Shown in pieces: positions 28,998-42,500 of a DNA stretch of 64,000 nucleotides (within the stretch, counting starts at the first letter, position 1; each line of letters starts with the position of its first letter). Location: the IMG/VR virus record IMGVR_UViG_3300045988_015843; one strand, written 5' to 3'. This DNA comes from a virus. Under the pieces are notes generated by a model, which worked only from the letters and a program-made list of their open reading frames with translations, had not been told where the DNA came from and did not search any database. The translations under genes and the position numbers were made by a program.

Positions 28998-30428
28998 ATG
29001 AATAATAATATATTAAATCAAGATACATAGCTTGATAATATCAAAAGAATTCGTATAGGCAATGACATACGTTTACGTATTAATCTGCTTAATATGAAAG
29101 GTATTGATACAATCAACATCAAGTCTATTAAAGTATATATAATAAACACATCTCGCGAAAAAGAGAAGGCTGACAAGATAGCAAATTGTACTAAGTTTAT
29201 CAGCCGTTTTCCATGCGAACCACATCACCCAGCATTTGAGCCTTCTGCTTACGATTTGAATCTTGCAGGTCTTCCTAGATATTATGCATATCCTGAGCAT
29301 CATTGTCATTATTTTTATCATGGATTCGGACTTCATCCTGATTGGAGTCATATATATCCTGTTAAAGACTGTACTAATGATACAGAGTTTATTGCCCCTG
29401 TTCAAGCTACAGAATACAAAGATCAAGTTGATGCATACTTTCCTGCAAATAGCCAGCTGTATTGCGGCGTATATAAGATCGTAGTAGTAGCTCGCATATA
29501 TCAACCCGGTTATGGTTTGGATAATTTAAGAACTATCACAATGGATTATAATAACATATTTAGACTCGTAGATGACTCAACTGGTACTAATTCCGATGTA
29601 ACTATAGAGATTGGAGCAGCTTCTGAAGTTGGTGTTCAGGGCCTTGAGCTTAGTGGTTCAACAGAAATGACTGTTGGAGAAACTCAACTCATAAGTACTG
29701 TATTTACTCCGTCCAATGCTACCAATAAGCAAGTTACATGCACGACTAGTGGTAATAGTGTTGAGACCGTTGCACTTAGTACAGCAGGGGTTATGGTTCG
29801 TGCAACACAGCTTCCAAATCCTGCTGCTGGAGATACGTATGGTACTATAACAGCAACATCGTATGACAATAATTCTGTATCGGCATCTATTAAGATAAAG
29901 GTACATAATTATGCAATAGCTGTAACACTTGGAACGAATAATTCTATATCAATTCCTGCAAGAACGTCTGTTATAATAAATCCGTCTGTACTTCTAGAAA
30001 ACGCTGATATTGTATCTAATTATAAGATTGGTGGCAAAATACACAATGCTGCACAGTTTGTTGTAGATGGTGTTTATTTTAAAACACAGGATGGTGAGAC
30101 CTATGATCCTCATTATGGTAATTATGTTACAATCAACGAAGTTGGAGATATATCGAATCAGATCGTTATATCAAACAATGGTGCTAATACAATTCCTGCT
30201 ATATTGCGAGTAAGAATTGTTTCTAATATTGTTGACGAAAATAAAGACAATATCGAAAAAACATTTGATATTCAATTGCAACCGTCTACTAATGTTACGA
30301 CTGATGATAAGTATATACAGTCTGGTGTATACAACAAGCAGAATAATAACATTGAGTTGTCTAGGTCTGACAACACTATTGTTAATGTAGATCTTAGTGA
30401 TGAACTTGGTTGGTATGAAGGAGAGTAA
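28998..30428 (+). CDS. Ig-like (Big_2-type) domain protein, head-fibre or decoration candidate (476 aa, 1 TAG)
   Basis: ATG 28998 is in frame with ORF 29094..30428 across TAG 29028-29030. 'VQGLELSGSTEMTVGETQLISTVFTPSNATNKQVTCTTSGNSVETVAL...GTITATSYDNNSVSASIKIKV' fits the Big_2 pattern. Confidence 0.6.
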
Positions 30429-30855
30429 TTTAAACATTTTAATAAAAAGAGTTGCACTAAAACCCACGTACACAATCGGTCATATGTATATTAACGGTAA
30501 ATATATGTGTGATACATTAGAAGACACTAACCGTGATTCAAATAAGAATGGTGTTTTCGATAATGGTGAGGTTAAGATTAAAGGACAAACAGCTATTCCA
30601 TATGGTACTTATGAGGTTGTTTGGGCATATTCTCCTAAATACAAACGATTCACTCCAAGATTGTTGAATGTACCTTCATTTGAAGGTATTCTGATACACT
30701 CTGGTAATACATCTAAGGATACTGAAGGTTGTATATTAGTCGGAGAAAACAAAAAGAAAGGTATGGTATTAAACTCAAGAGCCACTGTTAATAAGTTGTA
30801 TCCTATCATAAGGAACGCTTGTAAACAAGGTAAAGTGCATCTCACCATACAATGA
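30415..30855 (+). CDS. DUF5675-like protein (candidate cell-wall-active lysis enzyme)
   Basis: 'GTYEVVWAYSPKYKRFTPRLLNVPSFEGILIHSGNTSKDTEGCILVGENK' matches my recollection of the DUF5675 family. ATG 30415 is preferred to 30397. Confidence 0.5.
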   Translation: MKESNLNILIKRVALKPTYTIGHMYINGKYMCDTLEDTNRDSNKNGVFDNGEVKIKGQTAIPYGTYEVVWAYSPKYKRFTPRLLNVPSFEGILIHSGNTSKDTEGCILVGENKKKGMVLNSRATVNKLYPIIRNACKQGKVHLTIQ

Positions 30856-30856
30856 T

Positions 30857-31051
30857 ATGAACAATTGGAAAGATGTGACGCAGTACGCTACAGCTGTTGC
30901 TTCGTTCTTATCTGGCGTAGCAATGGCTTTTGCGTCATTTATTAGAAATAATACAGTAGAAGGAGAAATCTTAGGATTCATCGGAGAGTGCTTCACTTTA
31001 ACTGGAGGTATATTTGGAATAGGTTTGTATGTACGACATAAGGCCGAATAG
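30857..31051 (+). CDS. holin-like small membrane protein (64 aa, 2 TM)
   Basis: 'ATAVASFLSGVAMAFASFI' and 'ILGFIGECFTLTGGIFGIGLYV' are hydrophobic helices, followed by a charged tail. Confidence 0.5.
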   Translation: MNNWKDVTQYATAVASFLSGVAMAFASFIRNNTVEGEILGFIGECFTLTGGIFGIGLYVRHKAE

Positions 31052-31121
31052 ATGGGTGCAAGAATTCGACATACTATATTAAATGATCTTAAGAATGTGG
31101 ACAGCGATACTGAAGTGGCTG

Positions 31122-31772
31122 ATGAGTCACAAAAAGATCGTCTATAACGCTCTTGTAGGCTCTCTAATCGCATTTCTAACAGCGTTTGGTATAATTACTC
31201 ATAATAAGAATAAAATGCTCTCAGAAGAGCTTTTAGAGGCCTAGAATAACATTGAAGCCTATTAGGGAATGCTTAGTGGTTCCCAATAGGCTAACAATGT
31301 CTTAACGCTTAATATGAAGAAACTCGGATAGTCTAAAGATTCATTATTGGTTGAGATGGATCGTATAGCTAAGGAGAATAATATTAAGTCTAAAAATATC
31401 ATAACTGGTGCAACCAACCATGAGCAAATAGACGTTACCCTCGACAAGGGGGTGGAGAGGGTTGTTGAGAGAGATACTATTAGAGATCTGGTAACTATAT
31501 TAAAAGATACAGTATATACAGACTCTATACTATACAATCCTCAAACATCCGTACACTACACTATAGGTAGAGATACGGTATAGGTGAGACTTAAGTTAGA
31601 TAATACACAATACTTGTACATATATAAACGTAAGGAATACAAAAACAAAAAGAACTTCTTCTAGAGATTATTTACTCTTGATTGGAAGAAAGTAACTAAG
31701 TACAAGTATAAGATAATAAACACGAATGATCTTATAAACAATAAAGATGTTCGTATAGTAAACGCTTAGTAA
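31122..31772 (+). CDS. spanin-like protein: N-terminal TM anchor plus coiled coil (216 aa, 7 TAG)
   Basis: ATG 31122 is in frame with ORF 31347..31583. 'MSHKKIVYNALVGSLIAFLTAFGIITHNK' is followed by helical segments. The stop is TAA 31770-31772, immediately after a TAG. Confidence 0.45.
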
Positions 31773-31773
31773 A

Positions 31774-32487
31774 ATGACATATACTTCACTTAAAGAGATT
31801 ATTGACGACATCCTATTGTTAGTCAGGAATAATAACATTAGTGAGAGTGAGGATTTATCAAGAGCTTAGATAGCATTATGGGTTCGTACATATAAGGCTG
31901 CTATAATCAAAGATAGGTTTGATAAATAGAAAGCTGGTCTGCTAGACGATGACGATGTAGTAAAGCTAATCGATAGCCTGTATATACGAGAGAAAGGCCC
32001 TCTTGAGTTAGAGGATGTTCAATCTTTAAGTGATAAACCCACATTTCTCAAAAGAACTAAAGATGCTCTAGAGAATATCTACGATAATGATGAGAATAGT
32101 ATTCTTGCTATATATGATCAGCAAGGAGAGATTATTCAATATATGAGTCATACTCGTAGACACTATCAATACTTTAGAAAATACACATTTGGAGAAATGA
32201 CTGGTTATTATAAAGATGACGGTCATGTTTACATAGAAGGCACTGCTGATAAAGGTAAGCTTAAATACATATGGGTTGAAGCTATCTTTGACACCATTGA
32301 TGATGATGAAGATTCTGATAATATGGATGAGTCTGATGTTAAAATACCATCATGGATGGTTCCATTAATTAAGCAGAATATCATGAAGTATGAGCTTGGT
32401 TTAATGGTTGAGATGCCTAGTGATGATAGTAATAATGCAACGTTGAGCAGTATAAAGAAGCCAGGTCCTCAAGATAATGAGAAATAA
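31774..32487 (+). CDS. hypothetical head-tail module protein (237 aa, 2 TAG)
   Basis: ATG 31774 is in frame with ORF 32143..32487. Confidence 0.5.
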
Positions 32488-32935
32488 AACCGATTCACAT
32501 ACGTATCATAGTATGTACAAGTATTATAAAGCAAACAGTCCATATAAGGTCGAATACAGCCTCTATAAGCGCATTTTAGACAGAATGAGTTAGATTATAG
32601 CGGAAGCTGTTTTAGATCGCTCAGAAGGCTTTAAAATGCCTTGTGGACTAGGTTATATTCAAGTTGGTAAGTATCAACCTAAGAACTATAATTCTAAATC
32701 TCTGAGTATAGATTATAAACTAACCAGAGAGTATGGCAAGGTGATATACCATTTGAATGAACACAGTAACGGATATAAATATAGACTTCATTGGTCTAAA
32801 GTCCCTATGACGTTTGCTGATAGATATAAATATCAACTATGTCTTGTACGTGCTAACAAGCGTAAATTAGCTCAACTAATATTTAACAAACACGATTATT
32901 TAAACATCAATGATATACAAATATGTAAAATGTGA
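32477..32935 (+). CDS. hypothetical protein, possibly IHF/HU-like (152 aa, 1 TAG)
   Basis: ATG 32477 is in frame with ORF 32636..32935. 'GFKMPCGLGYIQVGKY' loosely recalls the HU arm 'GFGxFxV'. crAss-like structural modules are reported to include IHF-like genes. Confidence 0.4.
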
Positions 32936-32954
32936 ATCTGTCATAGCTAAGATA

Positions 32955-33830
32955 ATGGCTGATTCTGACGCATCAGAGGTTCGTAATAGAATATCAGATA
33001 TACGAGAATGGATCTTTGAGGCTATTGAGAAGATTGGTGCTCCAATGTAGTATATTAGAAAAGAGTCTGGTGTAGATGAGCCGTTACTCAAGCTTATAGA
33101 TTACCAAGTGCCAATCCCTGATGATCTTATCCATTTAGATACTGTAGCATATTCTAACACGCCTAATGGTCCGTGGATACCTGCTAGAAAAGATACTTCG
33201 GATATACACCGGTTTAAACACGGTATTGTACATAAACCTGAATATGTGTATATTCCGCATGACAATGCGAATAAGACAATACCTGATAAGATACGAGTTG
33301 CTCCTGAACATCAGGATCCTGCACACAAACTTATAACATCTCAATCTCAGTTGTTGACTATGAATGGTCATAAAGCATTTCATCAGTTAGCACGTAATAT
33401 ATAGAGTAGTCCTACGTATTTTATTAAGCCAGGATGGATCGTTAGTAATAAAAGAGACGGTTTTATTAAACTTGTATACAAATCTATCGCAACAGATGAA
33501 CGTGGATACCCTCTTATACCAGACAATGCAGCTTATCAAGAAGCTATTTATTGGTACGTAATGATGAAGCTAGCATTCCCTAAGTTTATGAAAGGTAAGC
33601 TTGGAGGTCGTAGTGTTTACGATAATAGAGTGGCTTATACTCATATACAGCAACAGTGGGCTTATTATAGAGAACAAGCTTATGCTGAAGCTATGATGCC
33701 AACACAAGATGATCTTAGATCAATTAAAAATGATTGGCTAAGATTGATACCAGATATTGATGCAGACGATTATTTCTTCAAACCCACTGGCGATAGAGAA
33801 TTAACTTATAACGATAGCTATTATGACTAA
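32955..33830 (+). CDS. head-tail adaptor or connector-like structural protein (291 aa, 2 TAG)
   Basis: ATG 32955 is in frame with ORFs 33108..33404 and 33561..33830. Function is assigned by position only. Confidence 0.45.
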
Positions 33831-33852
33831 TACAAATACTCAATAGGTAAAC

Positions 33853-36800
33853 ATGTTTTCTGGTGGTATGGATACTGATACTTCAGACATGTTTATTGAT
33901 AAGAATAGATACCGCATGGCTAAGAACTTGAGGTTTGTAACAGACACTCAGTCTAGTGGCGGAGAATTACATGCGGTACAAGGATTTAAGCCTGTACTCA
34001 AAGGCTTATTGCCAAACGTTATTGCAACAACTGTTGTACGTAATCTAGGTGTTATTGTATAGAAAACGCCTAATGATGACGAGTCAAAATGGTGTGTTAA
34101 GACATTTGACAACAACAAACCGATTTAGCTAAAAACAGTCTTCTTATGTAAAGAAGAGATTGGCTCAGATAAACCCAGTGTATTAGGGTTATACGAAACA
34201 AATAAGATCTGTAAGCTATATATTGCAGATGGAGTACATCCATTGATGATTATAGACTTACTCCCTAAAAAAGAAGTAGTCCCTGTTAACATAGATGAAG
34301 TTGCGATATACTCATCTGTTGTGTTAAACAAACCTATTATCAACGGTTTTACATCTGGATCTCTTAAATCAGGATGCGTATCGTATGCATATAGATTGTA
34401 TGGATTATATGGTCCTGGAACAGAGATGTCTATACCAACGAGATAGCTTTAGATTCCAGAGAAACCGTTATCTGGAAATTAGTTGAAGGGTGCTAAGAGT
34501 GATTACGCAACAGGATGCGGAGTATCAATAACATGTAATTTAGATAATCCTGTTCCTGATAAATTTGATCACATTCTTATATACAGAATATCATATCAGG
34601 TACAAGGACAACTTCCGTTAGTAGAACTCATATACGATGGTAAGCGTACTGGTAATAGCGTAAAGTTCATAGACTCTGGTCAGAAAGCTCTTGGTACATT
34701 AACACTGGAGGAATACAACAGTGTATCTGGAAATCATATTATCCCCAAAATCATTGAATCTAAGAACGATTATTTGTTTGCCGGAAACATTAAAGAACAG
34801 CAACACGATTTGTTTGAAGACTATGACACACGAGCATACTCATTCAATCCTCGTGGAATTGCTTATTTGTATGATGCGTCTGGTGTAAATAAGATCAATG
34901 TGACAAGCTCTACGTATGACACTGTTAAGCCTACTGGAGACTGTTTCAATATGTACAACGATATGTCAACAGAACCTCTTGATGATCGCTATAATTATAT
35001 AGACGGAGATGGTTCTTATTGTAGATACGACATAGATAAGTACTATGGCGGTACTGGTGTTAATATATCTTGGAGGTTCGTAACAGCATCATTAGTTGGA
35101 GATGCAAATGTATCTGTGCTATCAACAGCTCCTAAATATGGAAATGATGGTATTGGTACTAGTTCTATATGTATCGATAAGAACACCAATAAGAGTACTG
35201 ATGTTACAAAACCTGTTGTATGTGAATATTTAAAATATCACAACGATAATAGCTCTGAAAATGCACAATATGATACATCTGAATATGTTAGTGTTAGCTC
35301 AAGTTTATCGTATTCTGATGCAAAGACATCTATGTTATTCAGATCATTAAGACGAGATGAGTTATATAGATACGGTATTGTGTTATATCATAAGAATGGA
35401 TCTGCATCTAACGTCAAATGGATTGCTGATATACGTACTCCTAATATAACATGGGATGGTTGTGAAACATTCTATGCTCGTGGTAAGAATGGAAATAATC
35501 CAGAAGATCTTATTGTGAGACCATTGGGTGTTGAGTTTGATGTACGCAATCTGCCGGAAGACTGTGTTGGATACGAGATTGTTAGATGTCAACGTAAAGA
35601 GTCTGATATAGCAACAATATCACAAGGAGTTATATCAAGGCCTATTGCTGAACAATATTCGCCAGGGCTTGCATCAAGACCGACTACAGCTGGTTCTACA
35701 GTATATACTCCGAGTGGATTTATAACAACGAATCGATATTGGACTGGTAATGATGCTTATGCTAGAGTACATAGTGATGCAGATAGCTCTGGCTGGGAAG
35801 CTGATAATTTTGAAAATAACACAATATATCAGTTTATATCACCTGAAGTATCTTATTTGAAAGGGTCTATAAAGGATTTTGATAACAACACATCTTTATC
35901 CCTAAACCCTGTAAAATATATATTTGGAGCAAGTTCTACAACCCTTGGAAATACGTACAACCAATATAAAACAAGCCTTGCGTATGGTGGTAAGAAGTAT
36001 CGTGGTATATATCCATCTGCTGGTAATGGTAGATTTGCTTGTGGCTATGACACATTCGTACAATCTGATAATGGGCAGAGTCCTGTATACAAAACTCTAA
36101 GCAGAGACGATGTTGATGCTAATGCTAAGTCTAATGTGTTATTCCCAACGCTTTGTTGTAAAAAAGATGGTATTGATATTGTAAACTCATTATATAAGTT
36201 CAGATCGACATTTGAGCTATCTAGAGAAGGTGGTTTGTCACAAGCAGGTCGTGATGACATTAGTACAGATGCATATGGTAAACATGGCCAATACACAGGT
36301 GTAACTCCATCTTATGGAAACATATATATAAACAATAACGGTATTCTTAGTAGAGGTGTCTCATGGGTATCATCTACCGGAGATGAAATTGATGTTACCA
36401 ACGGAGGATTCCAAACTGTACGAGATGCTACATATATGTACGTAAAACTATATGAACAAAGTTCTAATGTTTGGTCGCGTGTACATAATGCAAATCATAT
36501 TGGGCAAGCTGGATATATTAAAGACGATAAAGCTATTGGATATGTACCTGTATATAGAAGAATCACCAACAGTCTTAAGTTCTCTGTAAAAGACTCTGTA
36601 ATACCAAAAGAGTTTAGCTGGGATGATTATGCATCACGAATCAAAGATACTGCAAACTGGACTAAATCGTTCAATGATAAAATAGATGCTATTGGTAATA
36701 CGAACTATTGCAATTATGTATCTGGTGGTGGATTCTCTCAAAACCTAGAAGCTAAAGATGGTGATAATTTCGTACGAGATTGTTAGTTATATGGCCCTGG

Positions 36801-38490
36801 AGGATCATGCATGTTGTTACAGATAGATCCGTACGATAATTATTTAGATAATGTGTCATACGATAAAACTGTTCCAAATCCTGAAACACAGATCTTGTTT
36901 GATACATTTGGAACATCAAATGCTGTAAATAGCAGACCGTTTACTGTTCCAGGATATGATCCGAATGAGCCTAGTGAACCAGGTTCTGAAGATCTATATA
37001 CCATCACAGGTTTTTCATCTAATGAGTCATTCAATGGTGTACCATTAGTCGTTAAACCTGAGAGCTTAATGGGTACGTTCTTATGCAATCTAAGAAAGAA
37101 TATTATTCCTTATGGTGGTTATTCTGCTGTAGATAGATCTCTCAACACATACTGTAGTTACGGCAATTACTTCAAGAAAGATGATACAAACACTAAACAT
37201 GTGATCTTTGATGGAGATTGTTATATACAGCCGTTTGAGTATGTAAGTATGCATAAACAAGCAAACCCTGAATATCTTATCATGAAGACTATGATGGTTG
37301 TTTATGCAATACCTGTCGAAACAAATATCAACTTAGCTTATACGTATGGACATGAGCTTAGTAGGAATCTTGGAGATTGGAAGACGACTCTGTCTCAAAT
37401 ACAGCCTGCTAACGTGATGAATAAATATACTCAAACAACTCCTATGTATTAGTACAACAGTGCTTATTCTATTGATCCAACGGCTAAACAATATGCAGCA
37501 CAATCTATAGAAGAGGTATCTGATACTGTTGATACTAGAGTTGTTTACGCTGGGCCTAAGTAGAATGGAGAACGTATAGACAGTTGGAGTAAGTTTCAAG
37601 CATCTAATTATATAGATGTTGATTCTAAGTATGGACAACTTACTCAACTAAAAAGCTTCCATAATCAGTTGTTATTCTGGCAAGAAAATGCATTTGGTGT
37701 ACTGTCTGTAAATGAACGAGTATAGATTACTGATGATAGTAATATGCCGTTGATGCTTGGTACTGGTGGTGTATTGCAAAGATACGATTACGTATTAACA
37801 ACAAATGGTATGAAAGCTGGTCAATATGCAGATACTCAATCAGATAGTGCGGTATACTGGTTTGATAATGATAGAAGGGAATTATGCTCATATACTCAAA
37901 ATGGAAGTACATCATTATCTAAGGCAAAACAAATACAGAATCTTATGAATGCAAGCACACTCAACTATGAGCCTGTTGTTACGTATGATAAGAAATTTAA
38001 CGAGGTGCTATTCAATGTTACAGATACTGGAGCTGTTGTATATAGTGAGCAAGCACAATCATTCACAGGTTTATACACAATACCGATGAAGGCAGCATTG
38101 TCATTCTAGAGTGATTTGTACTTTACAGACGATACGATGTATAAGTGGAATGAAGATGGAGGTAACCTTGGTCATTCTCTTAAGTATGTCGTAAACGATA
38201 ATAGTAGCTATGTGAAGATATTTGATAATGCTGAGTTTGGTGCTTAGACAAACGATGAGTATAATAATATGAAATTGACATTCAGCACAAAAGTTGGTAC
38301 CGGCACATTAACAAAAGACGATATAACGAATAGAGAATATTCGTATAGATACGCAATTCCAAGGGCAAACAACGCTTAGTATGGAGATCGAATGCGAGAT
38401 AAAACAATGTCCGTTGAAATGACTACGGATGGTGATAATAACTTTTCAATACAATATATAATAACTAAATATAGAATATCTTGGTCATGA
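33853..38490 (+). CDS. large tail (hub or tubular-B-like) protein, 1545 aa with about 12 TAG
   Basis: ORFs 33853.., 34243.., 34483..36786, 36811..37452 and 37744..38109 are all in one frame. The gaps contain only TAG. The stop is TGA 38488-38490. Confidence 0.65.
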
Positions 38491-40433
38491 TAGATGGATT
38501 AACAAATTACCCAAATACTAGGAGTTTTGCTGATTATTATTATAATAATCCATATCCTGCAACATATACTGGCATGACTGTCCCGTCTGGAAACGGACGT
38601 GTTGATTTGTCAGGAGCTATGCCTAAGTTGGTTAACACTCCTCCTAAACTACAAGCTCCTGCATCATTCAATAAGACTCCGTTCAATATAAATAAGTACG
38701 GAGATTTGGTACAGCCAGCAATTCAGTTCGTAGGGTCTGCTATAAACGCATTTGGTTCAACAGATAGTACACAATCCCTTATGCAGCAAAGTGGATCGTC
38801 TTACGTAGATACAGGCAACTTTGGGTATACGAAACAGAATGATGTTGATTATGCTGATCAAATGAGAAAGGTTTCTTCTCAGAATAAGATCAATACACTC
38901 GGAGCAATGGGTGCTGGTGCTGCTTTAGGAAGTGTCATACCGGGATTGGGTACATTAGTCGGTGGTGGTATTGGAGCTGCTGTAGGACTCGTAACAGGAT
39001 TGTTTGGTTCTGGTAAAAGAAAGGCTCAGGCTCGTAAACGATTGTTTGATGCTCAACAAACAGTTAATAGAAATAATAATTACGCACAAGCATCTGCTTA
39101 GTCAGATTATCTTCAAAATAAGTATATACAAGAGAATGGAGATGCTTCTAATCAGATGTTATATGGTGCTAAGAAAGGTAAGGATAAAGGTATGCGATTA
39201 AATGGTAGGTTAAGTACTGAACGTGTGTGGAGTCCGATCGGGCTGACCAGTGCTAAACCAAATGCTAGAGTTAGCGGAGGAGAATCTATATTTGATGGAG
39301 AATCTGTTGATAACGCAACAGGTACGTATGTGAGCAAAGGAGCACCTAACAAGGATGATCAGTTAGCTAATTTAAGAGACCAGTCTGTTGTATTTGGAGA
39401 CAACGTTAATCTGAGAACTGGTTATAAATATAAAGACGAAGTTGCTCCATATATATAGGCACTTGAGAAAATAAATAAGAAGTACGAAATACGTACTGAC
39501 AATAAATTAAATCAGCTCAGAGGCACTGTTGGTCAACATACAGACAACATAAACCAACAAGAGATAAACAAGTTGAAGAAGCCGATTGTTGATTTCCTAA
39601 ACAACAAAGCTGATGAACAAAAACAAGATAGAGAAATGATGAGTTATTATCCGTCATACAGATGCGGCAAAGATCGTTTGCCTGGATATGCTAACGGCCG
39701 TCCAACAATATTAGATACGATTATACCAACTGGTACCGGAGCACTGTTATCTCTTGGACAGTATTTCTAGGCCAAAAATCAGCGTCCAAAAGGATCTGAT
39801 ATATATGCTAGTAATCCTTACGAACAGGCTGCACTTAATCAAATGGATTCGTTTAGAATCAATCCGTATGCTATAGCTAGAGCAAATGCTGATGCAGAAA
39901 GACGAGCAGCTTATCAAGTTGGTAATATTGGCGGATTAACAAGCGGACAAAGAGGTGCTGGTAGAATTGCATTAGCTCTTGGTACAATGGCTAACAATGC
40001 CAAGGCCTTGAGTGATATTGAACTACAGAATATTCAGTTAGCACAGCAAGCTGCTCAAGCTAAGATTAACGCTGGTGATGCTTACGCTAAACGTAGAATG
40101 GCTGCTAGTGCTCAAGATTATGAGAACTATGCATCAGCACATGCTGCAAGACAGCAGGGTATGCAGATAGGTTTACGTAACTTTATGGATTATCTCAACA
40201 GCTATATGTCTAATGAATACAAACGTAAGCAGGGTATTAACATGCTTGATCTATATCAGCAACAGATAGATTTAGACAAACAGAAGCAGTTATCTGAATA
40301 CGAAAGGAATTTGGAAAGAAAAGCTAGTTCAAAGCCTCTTGATCTAGCAACACTTGCTAACATGTATTCAGTAAGATATCCGTGGAAACAACCTATACAT
40401 TATGACTTCACTCCTAAAATGACATTAAGATGA
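38487..40433 (+). CDS. virion internal or ejection-type protein with a Gly-rich hydrophobic segment (648 aa, 3 TAG)
   Basis: ATG 38487 overlaps the upstream TGA (ATGA). ORFs 38481.., 39156.., 39573.. and 39843.. are in the same frame. It contains 'GAMGAGAALGSVIPGLGTLVGGGIGAAVGLVTGLFG'. The stop is TGA 40431-40433. Confidence 0.55.
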
Positions 40434-42484
40434 TATATTCAAAAGACTAGTGGATACAATTACCCACAAAAGATTTATATGATTCTCAGATCATGCTAGC
40501 ATCTATCAATGCTGCAAGAGATATGTATGAAAAGGGTTTGCAGGAGACTAAGGAGTTTAATAAACTGTATGGTGATTTTACGAGCCCTATTGCAAGAGAT
40601 GTTGATTATTGGTACGATAACACATTGAAACCTGTTAGAGATGCTATAAACTACATGTATGACAAGGGTATAGATCCAACACGATCTGCTGAAGGTCGAG
40701 CTCTTATATAGAAGCTTATTAACCAAGCACCTGTTGCTAAGTTAAATTAGATTAGACAATCAGCTAAGATAGCAGATGAATACGTAAAGAACCGAGGAAC
40801 CATGTAGGCCAATGGCCTATATGATCCCGGATTTGAACAGTTTGCTTTACGAGATCAGTATGGTAGACCTGTTGATCTATCTACTTGGAGTACTATCGAT
40901 GATGGAACTTGGGAACGTACAGCACCATATAAGTATGAATCTTTATACGACTATACATCTCCGATGTTTAAAGACCTAAAACCTCATGAATTAACTAAAG
41001 CTGAAGTTTAGAGTTTTGGTGTAAAGTATGACCCGAGGTATCAATATCAAGGTATAAGTAAAGGTGATCTTGAAAGAATTACTGGAGAGAGGATCCCTGG
41101 TGTTCAAAATGAAACCTTATACAAATATTATAGAGATCGTGCAGCAGATGTTGTACGTAAGCAGTATATAGCCGCTGGTAAGAATCCTGCTGAAATAACT
41201 CAAGATGAAATTGATAGACAATTTGTTCAAGATGTGATACAAGCTAATTCAGCTCGTATTATGGAGCCAACTAAATCTGCAGATCAGTTTGCTGTTATGG
41301 CGCAAGGTCAAGCTAACGATATGCAGAAATTAAGATTCCAACAGGATCGTGAAGATGCTAGATTCAATAAAGATCTTGCTTATAAATACTGGGCTGATAA
41401 ACAAGCTACTGGACGCGCAATGATGTCTGCTGGACTAAATCCTAATACAGGAGCTCCATTGAGCGGGTCTGGAAATGAAAGCATTGCACGTGGTGTCTAT
41501 GATAGACTTCTTGATGATGTTGCTACTAATTTACAACAACGTGATGAGAAGTATTTAGCCTCATTTAAAGCTAAGGCTAACAATACGTATAGTGCATTCT
41601 TACGTGCTCATCAGAACTCACCTGTACATGATAATTCTGGAAGAGCATGGACTGGTAGAAGAATGGCTAATCATTATTTCGATGTTGCTCGTAAGAAAGG
41701 TTATAAAGCAGCAGAGAAATGGCTTGTTAAGAATTTCAATAAATCATGGCATAGAGCAAAAGGAACTGCTTTCTGGAGAAGTTTTGACCAATATCGTTTA
41801 GCTCGCAAAGAATACGAAATGCCTGGTGGTAAACATAGAGCTGAGTATATTGGAGAACAACAAGGCATTAGCGGAACTCATCTTAATGATGCCGATATCA
41901 ACAGGGCGTTCCAAGACTATTTGATACAGCGAGATGCCGCTTCGGCAGCAACACTAAGGTCAGCAATTCCTATGTCCGAGGTCAAAGATAAGAATGGAAA
42001 AGTTTAGAATTATTAGGGTATTATTGGCCCAGAAACAACACTTGCGACTATTGGCAAAGTTCTAGTTGTAACAGGAATGGGATATTCTTATAAGACTCCT
42101 GAGCGTAAATTAGACAGAGCCATTAAAGGTTTAACATTCACAATAGCTCCTGGAGATGTAAATACTGCTCAATATGGAGCTGGAACAGGTCTTAGATATT
42201 CTAAGGGTATGAGAGGACTTATTGTACACAAAGCTACTTTTAGTAAAGCTGAGTTGAAGAAGAGAGGGTTTGATCCTGATAAATACAGATCTCGTTGGGG
42301 TCACTTTGGTATAACTGATAGTAAGAGACCTGGCTATGTTGATATACAAGTTATGACAGATATTTCAGGGTCTCAAGCAGCTCTTAATATTAAAGGTGAT
42401 AAAGAGTGGGGTGGATCTGCTTATTCAAAATCACGTATTGCTAGAAACCAAGCTATGCAGGAAGAACGTGCTGCAATGGAATAA
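40430..42484 (+). CDS. virion internal protein (684 aa, about 7 TAG)
   Basis: ATG 40430 overlaps the upstream TGA (ATGA). ORFs 40493.., 41234..42007 and 42077..42484 are in the same frame. The stop is TAA. Confidence 0.55.
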
Positions 42485-42500
42485 TATAATAAAATAAATT

